Notes: a model not told the origin generated them from the letters alone. Positions 36,150 through 47,478 are shown, numbered from the stretch's first letter. The stretch is 58,446 nucleotides of DNA from Candidatus Zixiibacteriota bacterium (GCA_014730345.1 WJIJ01000086.1:1-58446), one strand, 5' to 3'. Translations and numbers: made by a program.

Positions 36150-38531
36150 TCAATAATGCGGATTTTCGGATAGCTCCGTGTTTTCTACCGTTTTCAGGTA
36201 ACTGGCTAAATTGATCCGTTTGCTGTTGATTCTGAGCTTTTTACGGATTCTCTTGCGTTGCTTCAAAACTGTTTGCTCGGAAATGTTTAAAAGCGACGCT
36301 ATCTGCTTGGAACTCATGCCATCCCTGACCATATTGCAGATTTCTAACTCACGCGGGGCCAGCAGGGAAAATTCCCGCTGGAGTTTATCGACAAAGGGGG
36401 AGAATATTTCATTCAGCGAATTTTCCAGCAAGGTCAAATATTCGCGGTTATTCTCATCGAGACGCTGAGCCAAAGTCCTAATCAGGGGTACGACGATTTT
36501 ATCGATGTTTGATTGAATCCTCTGCTTTACACTAAACTTTTCTCTTTCTATACTTTCAAGTATCTCCCTCATGGCGATATTTTTTCGTTCAAGCGTTTCC
36601 CGCTCGGCCTGCAACATGAGGTTGGTTTCTTCCAATTTTTTCTGGTCATTTTTGCGTTCAGCGAAACGGCCGATTTCTGAAGCGAGGGCATTGAGCAGGT
36701 CGGATTCTTCCTCGAGGAATGGATTGTTTTTCCTGTCGCCGTAATAGTAAACTTCGATCTGCCCCATTTGCTTACCGGCAGTTACTATATCGGCGCGCTG
36801 GAAAATATCCGAGTCCCTGAAATCCGGACTGTAGTAAGTTTTATTATCGTAAATTACCTTTGCCCTTGTATTTTCGGGCTCAAGCCAGCTTATAGGAATC
36901 ATGTAAACCAGTTCCTGAAGAATCTGGTCGAGGTCATTTCCGGTATCTTTTGTCAGGTTAGTAATTCGGTAAAGACAGCGAAGCTCCTTTACCCTCTCGG
37001 TTAAATCTATAGTTTTCTGCTTGAGTTTGGCTTCGAACTCCCTATGTTTGGTAACATCGCGGATAACACTCACCCATGCCATATATTCGCCCTTTTCATT
37101 CGCGATGGGAGTAACGCTATGACTGGTAGGAAACTTTGAACCATCTTTTCGTTTCAAGTGGAAACTGTCCAGTTCAAGAAATCCCCGTTTTTCAACCTGT
37201 TCGAATAGTTGGGACTTGAATACTCCAAATTGCTTTTCATCGACATGAACTGTAATCCGGGGCTTGCCTGTTAATTCGCTCTTTTTCCATCCGAACATCG
37301 ATTCCGCCGCGGGATTGCAATCCATTATAGTATCGGTTTCGTAATCTATAATAAGGAGGGCTTCGCGAATACTGGCAAAAGTCTTTTCGATTAATTGTCT
37401 TGAATGAGTCAATTCCTGGTCGAATTTAATACGTTCAGATATATCCCGCATTATCGCCAGGTAACCAAGTAATGAACCATCATCAGTTTTTACCCGAGCG
37501 CCGATTGTTTCGCATTGAAACTCTTCTCCATCGTTGCGAAGGCATCTCATAATGTAGGGTTTAAAGTTTTCTGCCGCGTTGGGATTGTAGCGCAAACGCC
37601 CCTGTTTCAGGTACTCCTCTTCTGAGGAGTATAAAATCCGTGTGCTCCTACCAATTATATCCTCCGGTTTGAATTTGTACATCCGGTAGAATGCCGGGTT
37701 GGCCATTATTATCTTTCTGTCGGTACTGCACACTATAACGGCATCGCTGATACTGTTGAAGGTCGACTCAAGCAGTCCTTTCTGGAGTTTCAGCATCTCC
37801 AGCTCTTCTTTATTGCCGGTAACGTCCGTGCCGATTATTCCCATGCCGTTTCCAACCGGGAAGGCCCTGACAACCATGTAATGACCGTCTTCGCCATCCG
37901 GCGATTCAAAATAACTATCAAGGGATATGGATTTCCTGTTCTTCAATACCTCCAGGTATTTTTCATACCGTCCTGAACTTTTAGCAAACGGGGATATCTC
38001 CTCCACTTTCTTGCCGATAACATTTTTATCTTTAACCCCTAATATCTTTAACCCATCCCGGTTTATGGCAATAATGCGCATATCCGAGTCTATTATACAG
38101 CAACCGTCGGTAGCCGAATCTATAAAATCGCGGAGCAACTTTGTTTCTGCTTCGCTGTTATTTATTTCGGATTCGTCAGTATCCATCCGGTTGAATATAA
38201 GGAGGTAATATTCATCTTCCAACCTGTTAAAACTCGCCTGGTATATATTCCCTTTTATCTCCAGCCGGAATTTTGTATTTCCCCATTCGTGGTCAGGCCC
38301 GTTATCTCCTTTTGAGAGGATGCTGATTACTTCGCCAGCATTTGCTTTGCCAATAAGTTTTGATAGGGGAGAGTTTTTAACAGATTTTGCTTTGAAACAC
38401 AGTTCTTCAATGGCCATTTCATTAAGCTCATGAATAACCGCTTTAGAAGTTTCCGCATCATGCTTTATTATTATACAGACGGATGGGATATGCTCTATCG
38501 AAACCTGAAATGGTCTTTTGCTTTTTTTCAA
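36150..38531 (-). CDS. Multi-PAS, GAF-like, LuxR-type HTH one-component regulator
   Basis: Three PAS S-box repeats (..RDISER, ..RDVTK), ERVKELRCLY segment, LAPRELEICNMVRDGMSSKQIA.LLNISEQTV..QR..IRKKL; TTG start. Confidence 0.88.
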   Translation of the reverse strand: MKKSKRPFQVSIEHIPSVCIIIKHDAETSKAVIHELNEMAIEELCFKAKSVKNSPLSKLIGKANAGEVISILSKGDNGPDHEWGNTKFRLEIKGNIYQASFNRLEDEYYLLIFNRMDTDESEINNSEAETKLLRDFIDSATDGCCIIDSDMRIIAINRDGLKILGVKDKNVIGKKVEEISPFAKSSGRYEKYLEVLKNRKSISLDSYFESPDGEDGHYMVVRAFPVGNGMGIIGTDVTGNKEELEMLKLQKGLLESTFNSISDAVIVCSTDRKIIMANPAFYRMYKFKPEDIIGRSTRILYSSEEEYLKQGRLRYNPNAAENFKPYIMRCLRNDGEEFQCETIGARVKTDDGSLLGYLAIMRDISERIKFDQELTHSRQLIEKTFASIREALLIIDYETDTIMDCNPAAESMFGWKKSELTGKPRITVHVDEKQFGVFKSQLFEQVEKRGFLELDSFHLKRKDGSKFPTSHSVTPIANEKGEYMAWVSVIRDVTKHREFEAKLKQKTIDLTERVKELRCLYRITNLTKDTGNDLDQILQELVYMIPISWLEPENTRAKVIYDNKTYYSPDFRDSDIFQRADIVTAGKQMGQIEVYYYGDRKNNPFLEEESDLLNALASEIGRFAERKNDQKKLEETNLMLQAERETLERKNIAMREILESIEREKFSVKQRIQSNIDKIVVPLIRTLAQRLDENNREYLTLLENSLNEIFSPFVDKLQREFSLLAPRELEICNMVRDGMSSKQIASLLNISEQTVLKQRKRIRKKLRINSKRINLASYLKTVENTELSENPHY

Positions 38532-38622
38532 AGGGATCCTTTATCGAGTGGTTACGGATTACAATAGTTTTGTTTCCAGTCTAACCTCTATCCTTGATAT
38601 CGACAATTGCCCCCGATTTATA

Positions 38623-38651
38623 AAGCCCATCCGGCAGAATCGGATGGGCTT
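38623..38651 (-). terminator. Terminator of the TonB receptor gene
   Basis: aagcccatccg-gcagaat-cggatgggctt, 11-bp perfect stem 28 nt past the stop. Confidence 0.75.
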
Positions 38652-38679
38652 CAGTGATTTACGGAGAGGTAAGATGGAA

Positions 38680-40527
38680 TCAGTAATTAAATCTAAGACC
38701 GATGGTGGCGGTTCTGCCGAAACTTACCGAGGTGTTGCCTTCCTCGTAAGTCGCGTATTCCTCATCGAAGATGTTTCCTATGGTTAAGAATATATGGGCA
38801 TTCTCGATGATGCGCTGGCGGATGTTCAGGTTGATTATATTATAGTCAGGCAACTCCTTCATGGCTCCGCTTTTTGTTTTAAAGTAGCGTTGCCATGCCC
38901 CTTCGAAAGAAGCGAGAATTTTCGTACCAGTGGGTTTAATGCTGTAATAAACCTGTATATTAGCGCCGTGCTCGGGGCTGTAGGAAAGGGCGTTGCCGTC
39001 CTCATCTTCTGTGTCGAGATATGTGTACGCCAAGACGGTTCCAAAGCCGCTTTTATCGAACCTTAACTCGGTTTCAATACCCTGGGTATGGGCTTTCTTA
39101 ACGTTTTCCCTCTGAAAAATCGGTAAACCATCATCCTCGAGCCTTCCCGTGTTTACGGCGGTAATCATATTTTCCAAATCAATCCTGAATCCGGTTACCC
39201 TGGCCAGCAGGGATTTATTGAAAATATGCTCAACGCCCAGGTTGTAATTGGTTGAATATTCCGGTTCCAGGTCCGGATTGCCGTCTCTCCAGTAGGTTTT
39301 ATGGAAATAATGGTATTCGTAAAGGTCCTGCAGGGAAGGAGCCCTGAATCCGCGGCCCACCGAACCGCGAAGTTTTGAGTGTTCCGTGATTTTGAAATAT
39401 CCGGCGATGCTGGGGGCGAAGACACTGCCGAATTCGGGGTGGTTGTCCACGCGCGAAGATGCCACTATCGATAACCGGTCGTTCAACCGGAAGTCATCCT
39501 GTAAATACGCGCCTAATAAAGTTTCATCTTTCAGGGGGGTGGCGACCCGCTCGAACTCCTCGTAGCGCGCTTCAACTCCGACCATCAGGTTGTGCCGGTT
39601 GGCCAGCAGGGATTGGAATATCGCGTTAAACCCCGCCGTTTTGCTGGTAGCTTCTTTTCTACTTCCGGTGAAAACCGTGTAATTGGTTTCCAGCTTTAAA
39701 CTCGAAACTCCCGAAAATTTATTGGAAATGTCCATTCCCAGGTCGATTCTTTCATCCTCCACATCATTTCCGGAATGAAGGTATTCATTACGGTAGTACT
39801 TGCCGTCTACATTAATGCTGGCAATACTGCTGATATCGTAACCTATACGTCCCAACGCGTTATACTGCTTGTAGGCATTGTCCTCGATACCGTCGGAATC
39901 GGCAAGCTTGCCGCTGATAAGATATTTAGCGTTTCCGATACGGTAACCATGTTCGGCGGTAAACTCCCTGGTATTAAAAGTGCCGTAGGATATCTGCCCG
40001 CCAACTATAGACTCGTCCGAGGCTGTCTTGGTAATTATATTTATAACCCCGCCTATGGCATCGCTACCGTAAACCGATGATAAGGGGCTCTTTACTACCT
40101 CGATTTTGTCCACCATCTCAATCGGGAGAAGGTTCAGGTTTATGCCCGTATGAATATGCTCGCTTTTAGTGCGTTTACCGTCGATGAGTACTAAACTGTA
40201 CTGGGAAGGAAGACCGCGGTGCATTACTGTAAGCCGTTGGCTTGCTCCGAATGCCGCGCCGCCGGAAACATTTAAGCCGGTAAATAAACGGAGGGCGTCG
40301 GCCACATTTTTCAATCCCGCCCTTTCCATCTCCACCTGGGTGATCACCCCGGTTTCAACCGGAGAATCTTTCAGGATGTACGCGCTTCTTGTTCCCGTAA
40401 CCACTACCGGGTCCATCTGGAAGACCGGAAGTTTTTCGCTTTTGACAGTATCATCAGCGAATGCTCCAAATGGACACAATACTGCCGTCATTAAAATGAT
40501 TAATAAAGATTTAAACAGTTTGACCAT
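38680..40527 (-). CDS. TonB-dependent receptor (BtuB/CirA-like)
   Basis: Signal peptide; DPVVVTGTR TonB box region; VLIDGKR, IEVVKSPLSSVYGSDAIGGVINIITK plug; GNPDLEPE; C-terminal aromatic strand (GLRFNY). Confidence 0.93.
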   Translation of the reverse strand: MVKLFKSLLIILMTAVLCPFGAFADDTVKSEKLPVFQMDPVVVTGTRSAYILKDSPVETGVITQVEMERAGLKNVADALRLFTGLNVSGGAAFGASQRLTVMHRGLPSQYSLVLIDGKRTKSEHIHTGINLNLLPIEMVDKIEVVKSPLSSVYGSDAIGGVINIITKTASDESIVGGQISYGTFNTREFTAEHGYRIGNAKYLISGKLADSDGIEDNAYKQYNALGRIGYDISSIASINVDGKYYRNEYLHSGNDVEDERIDLGMDISNKFSGVSSLKLETNYTVFTGSRKEATSKTAGFNAIFQSLLANRHNLMVGVEARYEEFERVATPLKDETLLGAYLQDDFRLNDRLSIVASSRVDNHPEFGSVFAPSIAGYFKITEHSKLRGSVGRGFRAPSLQDLYEYHYFHKTYWRDGNPDLEPEYSTNYNLGVEHIFNKSLLARVTGFRIDLENMITAVNTGRLEDDGLPIFQRENVKKAHTQGIETELRFDKSGFGTVLAYTYLDTEDEDGNALSYSPEHGANIQVYYSIKPTGTKILASFEGAWQRYFKTKSGAMKELPDYNIINLNIRQRIIENAHIFLTIGNIFDEEYATYEEGNTSVSFGRTATIGLRFNY

Positions 40528-41114
40528 TTACGTTTCCTTTCCTTCCCTTAATTTCCTGTAAGTTTTGAAATACTATAGCAGCATTTTATTAGGTTTGGAT
40601 TAGGGTTATAATATTTTTAAATTTAATCGCGGTTAGCGGAAAGAACCTGAATATCAAAGCTCATTGGACTAAAATACACGTTATTCATGTTCTATTATGC
40701 AATTTAAAGTTGCTTTTAGATTATTATTGTGTAAAATTAAAGTAGATATTTATCGAGCATCAAATGTTTGACATCAAAGGCAGAACCTGGAATATTTTCT
40801 CATGGTAAATATTTCCTGATTGCGCATCGCTCGATAACAGTATTTGTGTAACATTATTAAAATCGTAAATATTTTCGTGGTTGTGAGAACATAATGCCGA
40901 ATATATAGGTTAGTAATAACTTAATTGGATTTTATGGGCAATTGAAAGCAGGTAAACAGGCAGACAGCGAAATCGATTGAGATAAAAGATGCCGATGTTA
41001 CAGAAAATAACTGATTCGGTGGTGCGAAATCAGGATGAATTATAAAAAGAAACTTCTTCCAATTAATATTATTCCAACGAAAGTCAGATTATTCAAAGAG
41101 GGAGCTTTTAGTCA

Positions 41115-42068
41115 ATGAGTTCCAAACCCCGCGTATCGATCGGTTTGCCAGTTTATAATGGAGCAGCGTATCTCAGAGAAACAATTGAGTCGATTTTAAA
41201 TCAGACCTATACCGATTTCGAGCTGGTTATATCCAATAATGCTTCAACTGATGAAACTGACTCAATATGCCGGGAATATGCCTTTGGCGATAACCGCATA
41301 CGTTACTACAGCTATGGCAAAAATAGCGGCGCGGCATGGAATTACAACAATGTTTTCTACCTGTCAAGGGGAAAGTATTTTAAATGGGGGGCCCACGATG
41401 ATATATGCGCCCCGGAAAATATCGAACAATGCGTAAAAGCGCTCGATGAGAATCCCCAGGCAGTGTTGTCTTATCCCAAAAGCGATCTTATCGATGAACA
41501 TGGGCTTGAGATAGAGGTCGGGAAAGAGGATCTTTACTTGAGTTCCTCGGATATACGGGACAGGTTTGCGAAATGCCTGGATCCTATGCCCCTGTATCAT
41601 AATCCGGTTTTCGGTTTGACGCGCCGTGAAGTTTTGGCTAAAACAAGGCTTATTGAACCATATTTGGCATCGGACAGGTGCTTGATGGCTGAACTAAGCC
41701 TGCATGGAACCTTTCATGAAATTCCAGAGGTGCTGTTTTATCGGCGCAAAAGACCGGGAAATATCGGAACCTCTCCCGAGGATCTCGAATTTTACAATCC
41801 CAGCCTTAAGGGCAAAATCGTCTTTCCCGAATGGCGGGTTTTTTTAGAACACATGAAATCGGTCTGGAAAACCCGGATTCCTCAAGGCTCAAAAATTTTA
41901 TTATGGTGGGACGTTATCAAGTGGGCGTTGCGTAAACGTAAAATAATGTTATGGCAGATTAAACTGGCAGTAAAAACCTTTTACTATAAGCAATTTTCGT
42001 CTGGCGGAGTCCGTCGAAGCGCCGGTAGCAAGTACATGGTTGACGAATTAAAAAGGCAGAAATCATGA
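41115..42068 (+). CDS. GT2 family glycosyltransferase
   Basis: VSIGLPVYNG, ISNNASTD, NSGAAWNYN, FKWGAHDD. Confidence 0.9.
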   Translation: MSSKPRVSIGLPVYNGAAYLRETIESILNQTYTDFELVISNNASTDETDSICREYAFGDNRIRYYSYGKNSGAAWNYNNVFYLSRGKYFKWGAHDDICAPENIEQCVKALDENPQAVLSYPKSDLIDEHGLEIEVGKEDLYLSSSDIRDRFAKCLDPMPLYHNPVFGLTRREVLAKTRLIEPYLASDRCLMAELSLHGTFHEIPEVLFYRRKRPGNIGTSPEDLEFYNPSLKGKIVFPEWRVFLEHMKSVWKTRIPQGSKILLWWDVIKWALRKRKIMLWQIKLAVKTFYYKQFSSGGVRRSAGSKYMVDELKRQKS

Positions 42069-42835
42069 AGGTAGCGATTTTGGCGGGGGGAGTGGGAACC
42101 CGCCTTGTAGAAGAAACAGAGATTAAACCCAAGCCCATGGTTGAAATCGGCGGTAAACCTATTCTGTGGCATATAATGATGCATTACGCCCACTTTGGTT
42201 ACAAAGATTTTATTATCGCCCTGGGCTACAAAGGGCATGTGATAAAAAAGTATATGGTCGATTATTGTTCATTGAATTCAAACCTTACCGTTAACCTTTC
42301 AAGCGGCGAGGTAACTATACATAACGGTTCTAAGCAGGATTGGAATGTTGAGCTGATAGATACTGGCATGCCCACCCTGACCGGCGGGAGGATAAAACGC
42401 CTCAAGCCCTATATAGGTGATGAAACCTTCATGCTTACCTGGGGCGATGGAGTTTCCGATGTAGATCTGGATAAACTCCTCCAGTTCCACCGTTCGCATG
42501 GAAAACTGGCTACCCTGACCGCCGTACGCCCCCCGGCCCGTTTCGGACACCTCGAATTCGAAGGGGAAAAGGTGGTGCAGTTCTCCGAGAAACCGCAGAC
42601 CGCGGAAGGATGGATAAACGGGGCTTTCTTTGTTCTTGAACCGGGCATATTCAACTATATCGACGGGGACATGACCCAATGGGAGAAGGAACCGCTGGAG
42701 AGGTTAGCCGCCGATGGGCAGTTGATGGCATATCGCCACGGCTCCTTCTGGCAATGCATGGATACTTTGAGAGATAAAAAGCTGTTGCAGGATTTATGGG
42801 ATAATGGCAACCCACCCTGGAAATTATGGAGATAA
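42065..42835 (+). CDS. rfbF: Glucose-1-phosphate cytidylyltransferase
   Basis: ILAGGVGTRL.EET..KPKPMVEIGGKPILWHIM, TGGRIKR, F.EKP, WINGAFF, FWQCMDTLRDK. Confidence 0.93.
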   Translation: MKVAILAGGVGTRLVEETEIKPKPMVEIGGKPILWHIMMHYAHFGYKDFIIALGYKGHVIKKYMVDYCSLNSNLTVNLSSGEVTIHNGSKQDWNVELIDTGMPTLTGGRIKRLKPYIGDETFMLTWGDGVSDVDLDKLLQFHRSHGKLATLTAVRPPARFGHLEFEGEKVVQFSEKPQTAEGWINGAFFVLEPGIFNYIDGDMTQWEKEPLERLAADGQLMAYRHGSFWQCMDTLRDKKLLQDLWDNGNPPWKLWR

Positions 42836-42840
42836 ATAGA

Positions 42841-43881
42841 ATGAAAGTACTTGTTACCGGCAATAAAGGATATATTGGAGTTGTCCTTGTACCCATGTTA
42901 GAGGACGCGGGTCATGAGGTCATCGGCCTCGATTCCGATTTATACAACACCTGCACCTTTGGCGAATACGAAGATAAAACTACTACAATTATCAAGGATA
43001 TCAGGGATGTTACCTTGGCTGACCTCGAAGGTTTTGACGCCGTAATGCATCTCGCTGGTCTGTCAAACGATCCCCTTGGCGACCTTAATCCTGAGTTAAC
43101 CATGGAAATCAATTACCGGGCATCGGTAAGGCTCGCTGAATTAGCCAAACAGGCGGGAGTTCGCAGGTATATATTTTCCTCATCATGCAGTAACTACGGC
43201 GCCGCCGGAGACGATTATATCGATGAATCGGCGGATTTCAACCCGGTTACTCCTTACGGCAAATCCAAAGTTCTCGTGGAGCAGGAAGTGGCCAGGCTGG
43301 CCGATGATAGTTTCTCGCCTACGTTCCTGCGTAATGCCACCGCTTATGGTTTTTCGCCAAGATTGCGGTTCGATCTTGTTCTCAACAACCTGACCGCGTG
43401 GGCGTTCACCACAGGGGAGGTGCACCTTAAAAGCGATGGAACACCATGGAGGCCGATTGTGCATATAGAGGACATCTCCCTGGCATTTCTGGCGGTTCTG
43501 CATGCCCCCATCGGCAAGATCCACAACGAGGCTTTTAATGTGGGCGCTACTGAAGAGAATTACCAGATAAGAGACCTGGCCCAAATCGTTAAGGAAACCG
43601 TACCCGGATGCGAAATCGGTTTTGCTGACAACGCGGGCCCGGATAAACGCAATTACCGGGTCAACTGCGATAAGATAGTTAAGACTCTCCCGGAATACAA
43701 GCCGAGGTGGAATGCGAGCCGGGGAGCGTTGGAGCTTTACAAGGTGTACAAAAGGGTGGGATTGGAACTCGATGAATTTGAGGGTCCCCGCTACCGCCGT
43801 ATTGACCATATTAAAAACCTGCTCAAAACCGGCGCGCTGGAGGAATCCCTGCGCTGGAATGAAAAAAGTAAAGTAGCGTAA
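42841..43881 (+). CDS. NAD-dependent epimerase/dehydratase (extended SDR)
   Basis: [42 protein letters not shown]. Start moved to ATG 42841. Confidence 0.9.
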   Translation: MKVLVTGNKGYIGVVLVPMLEDAGHEVIGLDSDLYNTCTFGEYEDKTTTIIKDIRDVTLADLEGFDAVMHLAGLSNDPLGDLNPELTMEINYRASVRLAELAKQAGVRRYIFSSSCSNYGAAGDDYIDESADFNPVTPYGKSKVLVEQEVARLADDSFSPTFLRNATAYGFSPRLRFDLVLNNLTAWAFTTGEVHLKSDGTPWRPIVHIEDISLAFLAVLHAPIGKIHNEAFNVGATEENYQIRDLAQIVKETVPGCEIGFADNAGPDKRNYRVNCDKIVKTLPEYKPRWNASRGALELYKVYKRVGLELDEFEGPRYRRIDHIKNLLKTGALEESLRWNEKSKVA

Positions 43882-43897
43882 TAAGGCTGGGGAAGTG

Positions 43898-45127
43898 ATG
43901 GCGCAAAATCATCCTGTGTGCCGGTTGTGCGGCAACAGCGAACTTAAACCTGTAATATCTTTCGGGAGAACTCCGCTTGCCGATGACCTCCGCACACATG
44001 AACAACTATATGAACCGGAGATAACTGAAATCCTGGAACTTGTCTACTGCCCGGAATGTACCCTGGTGCAGATAACCAGGTCGGTGGACCCGGAAATATT
44101 ATTCTGCGATGACTATCCCTATTATTCATCGGTTTCACAATCTTTACTTAAGCATTTCGGGGCCAGCGCTGAACATCTTATTGAATCCCGTAGCCTTGGT
44201 GGAGAAAGCCTGGTGATTGAAGCGGCGAGCAATGACGGATACATGCTTAAAAATTTCAAGGAGAAGGGCATTGGCGTTCTTGGGATAGACCCTGCCGATG
44301 GACCGGCGAAGGTCGCCAATGACAACGGTATTCCCACTATGAATACTTTCTTCAATATAGATTTGGCCAAGCGGCTGAAAAGCGAAGGTAAGTCCGCCGA
44401 TGTTTTCCTGGCAAATAATGTTCTCGCCCACGTGCCCGATCTAAATGGCTTCGTGGAGGGAATACAGGTGTTGCTGAAAGAAAATGGAGTCGCGGTGATT
44501 GAATGCCCGTACCTGATAGACTTAATTGAAAATACCGAATTCGATACGATATACCATCAACACCTCTGTTATTTCTCCATAACCGCCCTTGACATTCTCT
44601 TCAGGAATCATTCGCTTTATCTTAATGAGGTAATCAGGACGAGTATCCATGGCGGTTCGTTGCGCCTGTTCGTGGAAAAGAAGGAAAACCAGGGTGATAC
44701 GCTGAAGGAATTACTGGAGAATGAATCCCGGTTGGGGCTCGATGAGAGTAGATACTACCGCGATTTCAGCGAAAGGGTGGAGAATATTAAAAAACGCGTT
44801 CTGGACATTCTATGGGATTTGAAAGCTCAGGGCAGAAGCATCGTGGGCTACGGCGCGGCGGCCAAGGCGGCTACTTTTCTCAGCTATTTAGGTTTGGACA
44901 AGCGTTACCTTGACTACGTCGCTGATTTGAATAAACACAAACATGGCCGATTCATGGGCGTTAACCACCTGCCGGTCGTACCGCCGGAGAAATTGCTGGA
45001 AACGAAACCTGATTATGTTTTGATACTGGCATGGAATTTCGCCGAGGAGATAATGGAACAACAGATAGAATATTCCCGGCGGGGCGGTAAATTTATAATC
45101 CCCATTCCCGAACCAAAAATCGTCTAA
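43898..45127 (+). CDS. NDP-sugar C-methyltransferase family, class I SAM-dependent (copy 1)
   Basis: CRLCG...CPECTLVQ zinc site, [32 protein letters not shown]. Confidence 0.9.
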   Translation: MAQNHPVCRLCGNSELKPVISFGRTPLADDLRTHEQLYEPEITEILELVYCPECTLVQITRSVDPEILFCDDYPYYSSVSQSLLKHFGASAEHLIESRSLGGESLVIEAASNDGYMLKNFKEKGIGVLGIDPADGPAKVANDNGIPTMNTFFNIDLAKRLKSEGKSADVFLANNVLAHVPDLNGFVEGIQVLLKENGVAVIECPYLIDLIENTEFDTIYHQHLCYFSITALDILFRNHSLYLNEVIRTSIHGGSLRLFVEKKENQGDTLKELLENESRLGLDESRYYRDFSERVENIKKRVLDILWDLKAQGRSIVGYGAAAKAATFLSYLGLDKRYLDYVADLNKHKHGRFMGVNHLPVVPPEKLLETKPDYVLILAWNFAEEIMEQQIEYSRRGGKFIIPIPEPKIV

Positions 45128-45133
45128 GTAATT

Positions 45134-46318
45134 ATGACTGCAAGAAGAAATGACTGTCCCGGTTGCGGGAGTATGAACATCGAGCCATTCTATGAGGTTC
45201 TAAATGTTCCTGTGCACAGTTGCCTGATGATGTCCACTATCGAGGAAGCGGAGAAGTTCCCCCGAGGTGATGTAGTCCTCGGTTTTTGCGGCAACTGCGG
45301 TTTTATTTTCAATACCGCGTTTGATTCATCGCACTCCAGTTACTCGGCGATATACGAGGACCAGCAATCCTACTCTCCGACATTCAACGCTTTCGCCAAA
45401 AGACTGGCGAGGGATTTGATTAACAAATTCGAATTAAGGAATAAGAACCTGGTGGAGATAGGATGCGGTAAGGGTGATTTCCTGGCGCTGATGTGCGAAC
45501 TTGGTGACAATAGCGGAGTGGGAATTGATCCCACCTGTGTTAAAGAGCGAATCAGAGGGGCGGTCGCTAACCGTATTACTGTAATCGATGATTACTACTC
45601 CGAGAAATATTCCGGATACACCGGTGATTTTGTTATGTGCCGGCATACTCTCGAACATATACCCGAAACCTCCGAATTCCTTTCTACCCTGCGGAAGGGA
45701 ATAGGCGGCAAACTGGAGACCAATGTTTTCTTCGAGATACCGGAGACCGTCCGGGTTCTCCGCGAGGCGGCGTTCTGGGATATTTATTACGAGCACTGTT
45801 CCTATTTCACTCCCGGTTCCCTGGGAAGGCTATTCCGGTATTGCGGTTTTGATGTCGAGGAGATATACCTCGATTATAACGGTCAGTATCTTCTACTCGA
45901 CGCCCGGCCCGCGCCGGTTAAGCCCGAACGTGAACATCCCCTTGAGGAAAGTATAGAAAGCTTGAAAAAGGATGTGGATAGTTTTCGGGCAAGGATAAAG
46001 GGTGTCCTGGAATCATGGCGTTTAAAATTCGATGGTTACCGCGGGAATAGCAAAAAAGTGGCAATCTGGGGTTCCGGTTCCAAGTGCGTTTCATTTTTAA
46101 CCACCCTGGGCATCGAGGATATCGATTTGAGGGTAGTGGATATTAATCCAAACCGTCATGGAAAATACATCCCCGGAGCCGCCATGCAGGTGTTTTCTCC
46201 GGAATCACTAAGGGATTTTAACCCGGATACAGTGATGGTGATGAACCCTGTATATGAAGATGAAATCCGGGGAATGCTGGCAGATATGAAGCTAAAACCT
46301 GAGGTCTATTCGGTTTAA
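45134..46318 (+). CDS. NDP-sugar C-methyltransferase-like protein (copy 2)
   Basis: CPGC...CGNCG, EIGCGKG, RHTLEH, WDIYYEH, WGSGSK. Confidence 0.85.
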   Translation: MTARRNDCPGCGSMNIEPFYEVLNVPVHSCLMMSTIEEAEKFPRGDVVLGFCGNCGFIFNTAFDSSHSSYSAIYEDQQSYSPTFNAFAKRLARDLINKFELRNKNLVEIGCGKGDFLALMCELGDNSGVGIDPTCVKERIRGAVANRITVIDDYYSEKYSGYTGDFVMCRHTLEHIPETSEFLSTLRKGIGGKLETNVFFEIPETVRVLREAAFWDIYYEHCSYFTPGSLGRLFRYCGFDVEEIYLDYNGQYLLLDARPAPVKPEREHPLEESIESLKKDVDSFRARIKGVLESWRLKFDGYRGNSKKVAIWGSGSKCVSFLTTLGIEDIDLRVVDINPNRHGKYIPGAAMQVFSPESLRDFNPDTVMVMNPVYEDEIRGMLADMKLKPEVYSV

Positions 46319-46323
46319 ATATT

Positions 46324-47478
46324 ATGGATTTAATTAATTGCCCGGTCTGTAAATCCACAGACCTTGAAAAAATATACGATGCCTGTTCAGCTCCGGTCTA
46401 TTGCAACTTACTCTGGGATGACCGCGAAAGCGCCGTAAACTGTCCCAAAGGTTCCATCCAACTCCAGTATTGCCGCAGGTGCGGCTATATTTTCAACTCT
46501 GATTTCGATACGGAACTGCTCGATTATGATGTTGAATATGAAAACTCCCTGCACTTCTCCCGAAAATTCGAAACCTATGCTCAATCCCTCGCCCAACGCC
46601 TGGTGGAGCATTATCGACTCTATGACAAAAAGATAATAGAAATCGGATGCGGCCGGGGAGATTTCCTGAAGCTGTTATGCAAACTGGGGGACAACCATGG
46701 TATCGGCTTTGACCCCAGTTACCACGAAGGAACCGTTGATAACGATGCCAGCGGCAACATAATAATAATCAAGGATTACTACGGGGGTAAATATTCATCA
46801 CTGGAACCCGACTTTATCCTTGCCCGGCAGACCGTTGAACATATCCCCGATCCGGTTAAATTCCTGAGGACTATATTGGCAACAACCGGCAACAAGACGA
46901 TTCCATTGTTTATCGAAGTACCAAACATGGTCTACACGCTAAAGAATATGTTCATCTGGGATATTATTTACGAGCATTACTCGTACTTTACTCCAATCTC
47001 CGTGAACGCCCTTTTAGCAATGAGCGGATATAACGCGAGCTTGATTTCCGATGAGTTCGGGGGGCAGTTTATGGGAGCGCACGCCATACCCGGGGAAGGC
47101 GAAATTATCGACGGTTCGATATTCGATAAGGAAGTCGACCGTTTTAAGTGTCGTTATCCTGAATGGATTAGTGAATGGAAAGCACAAGTAAAAAAAGATA
47201 TCAACGAGGGTAAAAACATCGTAGTTTGGGGCTCCGGCTCCAAAGGTGTAACATTTTTGAACATCCTGGGTATGGGTTCCGGTATTGAATACGCGGTCGA
47301 CATTAATCCCCGCAAAAACGGCAGATATATTGCCGGTACCGGTCAAAAAATAATCTCCCCTCAGCAACTTATTGATGTTAAACCAGATATAGTCCTGATT
47401 ATGAATCCATTGTACGAACAGGAAATACGTTCTACCCTCGCCAATCTAAAGATAGACCCGCAGGTAATGATAATTTAG
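46324..47478 (+). CDS. NDP-sugar C-methyltransferase-like protein (copy 3)
   Basis: CPVC...CRRCG, EIGCGRG, RQTVEH, WDIIYEH, WGSGSKG. Confidence 0.85.
   Translation: MDLINCPVCKSTDLEKIYDACSAPVYCNLLWDDRESAVNCPKGSIQLQYCRRCGYIFNSDFDTELLDYDVEYENSLHFSRKFETYAQSLAQRLVEHYRLYDKKIIEIGCGRGDFLKLLCKLGDNHGIGFDPSYHEGTVDNDASGNIIIIKDYYGGKYSSLEPDFILARQTVEHIPDPVKFLRTILATTGNKTIPLFIEVPNMVYTLKNMFIWDIIYEHYSYFTPISVNALLAMSGYNASLISDEFGGQFMGAHAIPGEGEIIDGSIFDKEVDRFKCRYPEWISEWKAQVKKDINEGKNIVVWGSGSKGVTFLNILGMGSGIEYAVDINPRKNGRYIAGTGQKIISPQQLIDVKPDIVLIMNPLYEQEIRSTLANLKIDPQVMII

Noticed and set aside
41011-41033. ops/JUMPstart element before the sugar operon (ctgattcggtggtgcgaaatcag)
   Set aside because: Only a loose resemblance to GGCGGTAG; it is better read as a small imperfect hairpin.
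40528-41114. Cobalamin riboswitch or Fur box upstream of the BtuB-like receptor
   Set aside because: The region is AT-rich with no B12-box (GGGAA...GCCACTG) or convincing GATAATGATAATCATTATC match, so the substrate is left unassigned.
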